From an uncultured Eubacteriales bacterium (GTDB lineage Bacteria; Bacillota; Clostridia; Oscillospirales; Acutalibacteraceae): a stretch of DNA of 64,000 bases. The notes under the pieces were generated by a model. The model worked only from the letters and a program-made list of their open reading frames with translations. It searched no databases and was not told the DNA's origin. The stretch is taken from positions 28,048 to 92,047 of the forward strand of contig CASFEZ010000018.1 in the NCBI GenBank assembly GCA_949293815.1. The letters run 5' to 3'. Each line of letters starts with the position of its first letter. The stretch's first letter is position 1. Positions 58,888 to 64,000 of this stretch are shown piece after piece. The position numbers were made by a program, and so were the translations under genes.

Positions 58888-59510
58888 TACGCGTATACCT
58901 CCTCGATTTTGGTAACGGCGTCTTTGAGAACAATAATGGTATCGCTGTTGAGGATATCATATACATTCAAAGAGCCGACGAATGTGGTCTTGGCGCCGGG
59001 AATGTTTCTGGCGCTGAGATAGACCTTGCTGTCCGGTTCGGGAAGAACGATCAGGGGTTTCTTACCGGCTTTCAGCGCGGAGAGCACCTTGACCATCTCA
59101 CGGGTTTTGATTTCGTCCAGGGAAAGAGAATCCAGAACAACCATCTCTTCCGCTGCCACTTTTGAAGAAAGGGCGGACTTCATAGCCAATCTTTTGACTT
59201 TTTTATTGACAGAAAAGCCGTACTGACGGGGCTTGGGACCGAGGGCGATGCCGCCGTGGTACCACTGGGGCGCTCTGGTCGAACCCTGACGGGCGCGACC
59301 GGTGCCTTTCTGGCGCCAGGGCTTTTTGCCGCCGCCGGAAACTTCGGCTCTGGTAAGAGTGGACTGCGTGCCCTGCCGCTGATTGGCGAGATAATTAACT
59401 ACAACAAGATGCATGGCGGAGGTATTGGGAACGATGGAGAAAATCTCTTCTTTCAATTCGATATCCGAAACCTTTTCGCCTGCTGTATTGAGAACTGCGA
59501 TATTCGGCAT
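58887..59510 (-). CDS. rplD: 50S ribosomal protein L4
   Basis: ...RQGTQSTLTRAEVSGGGKKPWRQKGTGRARQGS...; 207 aa. Confidence 0.97.
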   Translation of the reverse strand: MPNIAVLNTAGEKVSDIELKEEIFSIVPNTSAMHLVVVNYLANQRQGTQSTLTRAEVSGGGKKPWRQKGTGRARQGSTRAPQWYHGGIALGPKPRQYGFSVNKKVKRLAMKSALSSKVAAEEMVVLDSLSLDEIKTREMVKVLSALKAGKKPLIVLPEPDSKVYLSARNIPGAKTTFVGSLNVYDILNSDTIIVLKDAVTKIEEVYA

Positions 59511-59524
59511 TTACGATTCCTCCC

Positions 59525-60160
59525 TTACGCTTTCTTAACGGCGTTCGCAACTACAACAATGCCGCCGCGGGGACCGGGAACGGCGCCCTTAATGGCAAGC
59601 AGGTTGTTTTCTGCGTCAACCTTAACAACAACCAGATTTTGAACGGTTACGCGCTCCGCGCCCAAATGACCGGCAGCCTTTACGCCCTTGAATACGCGGG
59701 ACGGGCTGGAGCAGGCGCCGAGCGAACCGGCGTGTCTGGCAACAGGACCGGTACCGTGGGATTCCTTTAAGCGGGAATGGTTCCATCTTTTGATGGCGCC
59801 GGCGGTGCCTTTACCTTTGCCGGTGCCGACAACATCCACATAGTCGCCCGCGGCGAAAATGTCGGCTTTGATAACCGAGCCGGTTTCCAGCTCGGACATG
59901 TCCTCGAGCCTGAACTCTTTCAGGACTTTCTTGGGAGCGACATCGGCCTTTTTGAAATGGCCGGCAAGGGGCTTGGAAACGCGCTGGATTTTCACGTCGC
60001 CGTAGCCTACCTGAACGGCGTCGTAGCCGTCTGTGCTCACGGTTTTCTTCTGGACGACCGTGCAGGGTCCGGCTTCTACAACGGTAACGGGCACAACATT
60101 GCCCTTCTCGTCGAAGACCTGGGTCATGCCGATCTTCTTTCCGATGATTGCTTTTTTCAT
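59525..60160 (-). CDS. rplC: 50S ribosomal protein L3
   Basis: [33 protein letters not shown]...; 211 aa. Confidence 0.97.
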   Translation of the reverse strand: MKKAIIGKKIGMTQVFDEKGNVVPVTVVEAGPCTVVQKKTVSTDGYDAVQVGYGDVKIQRVSKPLAGHFKKADVAPKKVLKEFRLEDMSELETGSVIKADIFAAGDYVDVVGTGKGKGTAGAIKRWNHSRLKESHGTGPVARHAGSLGACSSPSRVFKGVKAAGHLGAERVTVQNLVVVKVDAENNLLAIKGAVPGPRGGIVVVANAVKKA

Positions 60161-60247
60161 CTGAAAATGTTCCTCCTGTCAGATTATTGGTTGACCTTCC
60201 GTCAACTTGACCTGCGATGCGAGCCTATATATGAATAGGTATAGGAA

Positions 60248-60559
60248 TCAGAGCTTGATTTCTATATCCACACCGGCGGGAAGTTCAAGATTCGTCAGCG
60301 CCTCTACGGTTTTGTTCGAGGGTCTGAGAATGTCGATCAGTCTTTTGTGGGTTCTCTGTTCGAACTGTTCACGGGAGTCTTTGTACTTGTGAACGGCGCG
60401 AAGAATGGTAACCACTTCTTTTTCGGTGGGAAGCGGTACGGGACCGGAAACCTGAGCGCCGGTGCGCTTCGCGGTTTCAACAATCATCTCGGAGGATTTG
60501 TCTACGAGATTGTGGTCATAACCCTTCAGTCTGATCCGAATTTTTTCCTTTACTGCCAT
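60248..60559 (-). CDS. rpsJ: 30S ribosomal protein S10
   Basis: ...[30 protein letters not shown]...; 103 aa. AAGGAGG RBS. Confidence 0.97.
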   Translation of the reverse strand: MAVKEKIRIRLKGYDHNLVDKSSEMIVETAKRTGAQVSGPVPLPTEKEVVTILRAVHKYKDSREQFEQRTHKRLIDILRPSNKTVEALTNLELPAGVDIEIKL

Positions 60560-60621
60560 TGTTAGCTGCCTCCTTAAAAATTTGGCGGGCTATTCTGATT
60601 TTTTTCGCCACAGCCCCGGGT

Positions 60622-60670
60622 GTTTACCAGGTTTCGTATAAAAAAACCGGTAAACAAAGCGTTTCCGGAA
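60622..60670 (-). promoter_or_regulatory. Terminator-like hairpin plus competing hairpin in the S10-operon leader (possible attenuator)
   Basis: mRNA sense: CGGAAAC-gcttt-GTTTACCG followed by U7. The same GUUUACC can instead pair with the downstream GGUAAAC. Confidence 0.35.
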
Positions 60671-60866
60671 CGAAAAAATCAGCTTTGAACAAAAATATTC
60701 CTGCAAACAGGCACAGAAATACCCCTTGTTCGGTGCAATCGCCCGGTTTGAAATCGGACATACTCCGCGAAAATTCCCTGCATCAAAGTGCAGCCACCTT
60801 TCGCATCAACGCATATCGCACGCAAAAAGGGCATAATACAGCCGTTCTCTTTTCGCATGCCTAGCC

Positions 60867-60895
60867 ATTCTACCATATGCTGCCGGAAAAAGCAA
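60867..60895 (-). promoter_or_regulatory. SigA-type promoter of the S10 operon (extended -10)
   Basis: Minus strand: TTGCTT, 17-nt spacer ending in TGG, then TAGAAT (TGnTAGAAT). It predicts a ~300-nt leader. Confidence 0.55.
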
Positions 60896-61154
60896 CAATT
60901 TTTTTAAAAATTTTTCTGTCAAAACGCCGAAATTTTTTTGCCGACTATATCTTGTTTTGTCCATTGTAGGTATCCCCCATATCCGGTGAAAAATCCTTTG
61001 GCAGCGCCGAATTTTGGAAAAATTTTGCACCGCTTGCCTGCCGGTGCAGGGATTTTTTCCGGTTTTGGCGTATATTTCCGGGGGCGTCTTTCCTTTTGCG
61101 TGAAAATATAGTATAAATAGGTGAATGTCTGCCGAAAAGAAGGAGGTTCTGCCG

Positions 61155-62066
61155 GTGTATATCAACACCTTTCACCGCGCCATGCAGCAGCGCTTCGGCA
61201 AAAAAATGTACCGGCTGGCGCTGGATTTCGGCGGCACCTGCCCGAACCGGGACGGCTCCAAGGGCGTCGGCGGCTGTATTTTCTGTTCCGGCGCGGGGGC
61301 GGGAAATTTCGCGGGTCAAGGCGAATCGCTGGCGGAAAAACTGGCGTCCGCCAAAGCGCGGATTCGTAAAAAGATTGGCGAAAACTGCGGCTATATCGCT
61401 TATTTTCAGTCCTTTACCAATACCTATGCCCCGCTTCCCGACCTGCGGACGCGTTTTACCGAGGTCATAGAGCACCCGGAGATTGATGCCGTTTCCATTG
61501 CCACCCGTCCGGACTGTTTGCCCCAGGAGGTGCTGGATTTGCTGGCGGAGCTGAACCGCCGCAAGCCGGTTTGGGTAGAATTGGGGCTGCAAACCGCCAA
61601 CGAGGAAACCGCCGCGCGCATCCACCGCTGTTATCCGCTCTCCGATTATGACAGCGCCGTCACCGCCCTGCACCGGTGCGGCATCGAGGTAATTACCCAT
61701 CTGATTCTCGGTTTGCCCGGCGAAACGGCGGCAGATATGCTCGCATCCGTTCGGCATACGGCAGAAGTGGGCACCGACGGCGTTAAATTGCAGCTTTTAC
61801 ATGTTTTGAAAAACACCGCTTTAGCGCAGCTGTACCGCACCGGCGCTTATGAACCGCTGACTTTGGCGGACTACACCGACCTGCTTTGCCTGCTGCTGCC
61901 GCAGATTCCCAAAGAAACGGTGATTCACCGCCTGACCGGCGACGGCGACAAGCGGGAACTGGTTGCCCCCTTATGGAGCGCGGACAAAAAGCGGGTGCTG
62001 AATACGATAAACCGTGCGTTTCGGGAGCGGGACATTGTACAGGGAAGCCAATATCCCCCTGCATGA
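61155..62066 (+). CDS. TIGR01212-family radical SAM protein
   Basis: FGKKMYRLALDFGGTCPNRDGSKGVGGCIFCS is the family's characteristic N-terminal cluster region. GTG start at 61155, 7 nt after AAGGAGG, is preferred over the ATG at 61125. Confidence 0.85.
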   Translation: MYINTFHRAMQQRFGKKMYRLALDFGGTCPNRDGSKGVGGCIFCSGAGAGNFAGQGESLAEKLASAKARIRKKIGENCGYIAYFQSFTNTYAPLPDLRTRFTEVIEHPEIDAVSIATRPDCLPQEVLDLLAELNRRKPVWVELGLQTANEETAARIHRCYPLSDYDSAVTALHRCGIEVITHLILGLPGETAADMLASVRHTAEVGTDGVKLQLLHVLKNTALAQLYRTGAYEPLTLADYTDLLCLLLPQIPKETVIHRLTGDGDKRELVAPLWSADKKRVLNTINRAFRERDIVQGSQYPPA

Positions 62067-62108
62067 ACAAGTCCCTCTATCCTATATAAATAGAAAGAAG
62101 AATCCACG

Positions 62109-62771
62109 ATGTCTGCCTTTACCGGCTTTTCCCGGGACTTTCCCCAATTTTTATTTGAACTGCCCTTTGAAAATACCATTGAAAAACAGGCGGAACATGT
62201 CGCCGCCTACAAGGAAATGCTCCTTGAACCGCTCAAGCTGCTGTATGGCGACCTGCTGCCGCTGATGGAATCCTTTGAGGTACTGGAAACCCTGCCCCGG
62301 CGCTGTATTTGCAGCCCCTATACCGACCGGCGGTTCTCCCCCACTGAGCCGCTGAAAGATTATGTCTATTTGAAATTCCGCCAGAGCGATAGAACCGAAG
62401 ATCGGGTCGGGCTGTATTTTGAGATGGGCTGCGAGGCCTACGCCTACGGGCTGCGCTTTTACCGCAAAACCCCGGCGGGCATGAAAGCGCGGCGGGAAGC
62501 CATTGCCGAAAACAGCGAAGCGTATCTGAAAATTTTACCACCTATTTTAAAAAGCGGTTTTTCCATTGTGGGGGAACGCTATAAAAAAGACCATTGTCCT
62601 GACCTTTCCGACCCGCTGTTAAAGGAATTGCTGAATCACAAATATTTCAGTCTGAGCATCACAAAGCCTTTGGATGAAACCGTATTTACCCCCGCCCTTT
62701 CCGAGGTGCTGGCGGAGGGCTTTACCACCCTCCGCCCCATGCTGGAGCTGACAAGCGGGCAAACAATTTAA
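62109..62771 (+). CDS. DUF2461 (TIGR02453) family protein
   Basis: MSAFTGFSRDFPQFLFELPFENT... is the typical family N-terminus; 220 aa. Confidence 0.7.
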   Translation: MSAFTGFSRDFPQFLFELPFENTIEKQAEHVAAYKEMLLEPLKLLYGDLLPLMESFEVLETLPRRCICSPYTDRRFSPTEPLKDYVYLKFRQSDRTEDRVGLYFEMGCEAYAYGLRFYRKTPAGMKARREAIAENSEAYLKILPPILKSGFSIVGERYKKDHCPDLSDPLLKELLNHKYFSLSITKPLDETVFTPALSEVLAEGFTTLRPMLELTSGQTI

Positions 62772-62979
62772 CTTATCAACAAAAATTTTCCACCTCCTGC
62801 CCGCCGCACTTCATACGGTTGAACAGGGCAAGATTCCTTTTCTACCGCGGCGTTTTGCCGAATCTTAAAAAATTTCAAACAAAAACGCATAATCACCCGC
62901 TTTCTGTCCACACTAACAACGGACAATCCGTTTCATTCGGTCTGTCCTGCCGTGTTTCGGCAAGAAGGAGTGAAAAACA

Positions 62980-63204
62980 GTGCTTGACAAAATCTCCCTG
63001 ATTCTTGTTATCATCGGCTCGCTGAACTGGGGAGCCATCGGACTGTTTAAGTTCGATGTGGTATCGTGGCTTTTCGGCGGACAGGCGGCTGTGGTCAGCC
63101 GTATCATATACACCGTTGTGGCTCTTGCCGGCATCTGGTGCATATCCATGCTTTTCAGAGAAAACGAAGTCCTGAAAAAAGCTGACGATCCGGCGAACGG
63201 GTAA
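62980..63204 (+). CDS. DUF378 small membrane protein
   Basis: 74 aa. ILVIIGSLNWGAIGLFKFDVVSWLFGG is the DUF378 signature. GTG start 9 nt after AAGGAG. Confidence 0.8.
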   Translation: MLDKISLILVIIGSLNWGAIGLFKFDVVSWLFGGQAAVVSRIIYTVVALAGIWCISMLFRENEVLKKADDPANG

Positions 63205-63257
63205 CCGACCCGCAAAATCCAAAGGGTATCTGCTCTGAAGATTTTGCGGGTACATAT

Positions 63258-63302
63258 AAAAAATCGAACCGGGAGTATCCCCTCACCGGCTCGATTTTTT
63301 GT
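63258..63302. terminator. Bidirectional terminator between convergent genes
   Basis: AAAAATCGAACCGG-(14-nt loop)-CCGGCTCGATTTTTT. Confidence 0.7.
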
Positions 63303-63314
63303 TTTTACACCCTA

Positions 63315-64000
63315 TCAGCGAAAACAGTTTTGATAGTTTATCATCCAGCGGCGCACGGCTTTTTCGTCCCAATGCTGCGGCAGGGCAGCGCTCAGGGTCA
63401 TGGCGGCGGCGATTTTGGGCACCACTGGCAGCAGTTTTTTCAGCTCCGCCGGATTTTTGACCATGGCCTTTCCTTTTTGCAACAGGTCGGTCGGGTCGAA
63501 ACGAATCAAATCAAACAGGCTGTGGAAATCGGCGGTCATGGTAATATTATCCTCATTCAGCGCGCCGGAGGTAAAGAAGTAGTCGATGTCCGCCGGCTGC
63601 ATAGCCAGCAGCTGCCGTTTCGCCGCGGCCAACGGCGCAAGCCCTCTGCCGAGCTGACGATAATAGCGCAGCTGGTACGACCAAAGGGTTTCGCAGTCAT
63701 ACCGTCCGGCGCTGTCTGCCAAAACAGTGTCCGCCAAATACCGGGCGGCGCGCAGGGCATTGGCAATGCCGGAGCCAATCAGCGGCACGGTCATAAAGGC
63801 GCTGTCCCCAATGGCGGCATACCCGTCCCAGACCATAAGGGACAGGGGCTGCCGGACGGGAATTTGCACAAACTGACCGCCCCGCAGCACTTCTGTGCCC
63901 AATTGGGGGTTGGTCTTTCGCAAAAAGGCGGCAAAGCGCTCCACTTCCGCCAAATCAAAATCGGCGAAGCGTCCAATCAGCAAGTCGGTATGTTCCTCCT
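63315..64000 (-). CDS. FAD-dependent oxidoreductase (geranylgeranyl-reductase-like), C-terminal part; truncated by the window end
   Basis: The frame stays open to position 64000. GDSAFMTVPLIGSGIANALRAA is the conserved GD motif region of this flavoprotein class. Confidence 0.65.
   Translation of the reverse strand, partial: EEHTDLLIGRFADFDLAEVERFAAFLRKTNPQLGTEVLRGGQFVQIPVRQPLSLMVWDGYAAIGDSAFMTVPLIGSGIANALRAARYLADTVLADSAGRYDCETLWSYQLRYYRQLGRGLAPLAAAKRQLLAMQPADIDYFFTSGALNEDNITMTADFHSLFDLIRFDPTDLLQKGKAMVKNPAELKKLLPVVPKIAAAMTLSAALPQHWDEKAVRRWMINYQNCFR

Overview
High-GC (roughly 55-58%) Firmicutes/Clostridia-type chromosome. The dockerin module, spore-surface genes and operon layout suggest a spore-forming Oscillospiraceae/Ruminococcaceae-like organism; that assignment is inference. 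From left to right the window holds: cell-envelope and housekeeping genes (LbH acyltransferase, glmM, efp, Xaa-Pro peptidase, yqeG, rpsU); a MurL-like PP-loop protein overlapping a MurD-type ligase; a 7.9-kb gene for a 2642-aa secreted protein built from four diverged ~440-aa repeats; an LCAT/lipase-like dockerin protein whose nucleophile motif looks degenerate; a GH38 alpha-mannosidase/GPH-transporter operon; a collagen-like (BclA-type) spore-surface locus; DNA-repair, sirtuin, nagB and peptidase genes; the complete S10-spc-alpha ribosomal protein cluster (rpsJ through rplQ) on the minus strand; and four more genes, the last truncated by the window end. The main finding is in the collagen locus. 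A collagen-like gene is split by a ~3.45-kb element bounded by a 7-bp direct repeat (TGCACAA). The element carries a second, intact collagen-like paralog, an 84-aa protein and a large serine recombinase. Deleting the DNA between the repeats fuses the two gene halves in frame into a 499-codon ORF, which looks like a miniature skin/SPbeta-type developmental intervening element. No rRNA, tRNA or CRISPR array was seen. All family assignments were made by eye from the translations and need database confirmation.
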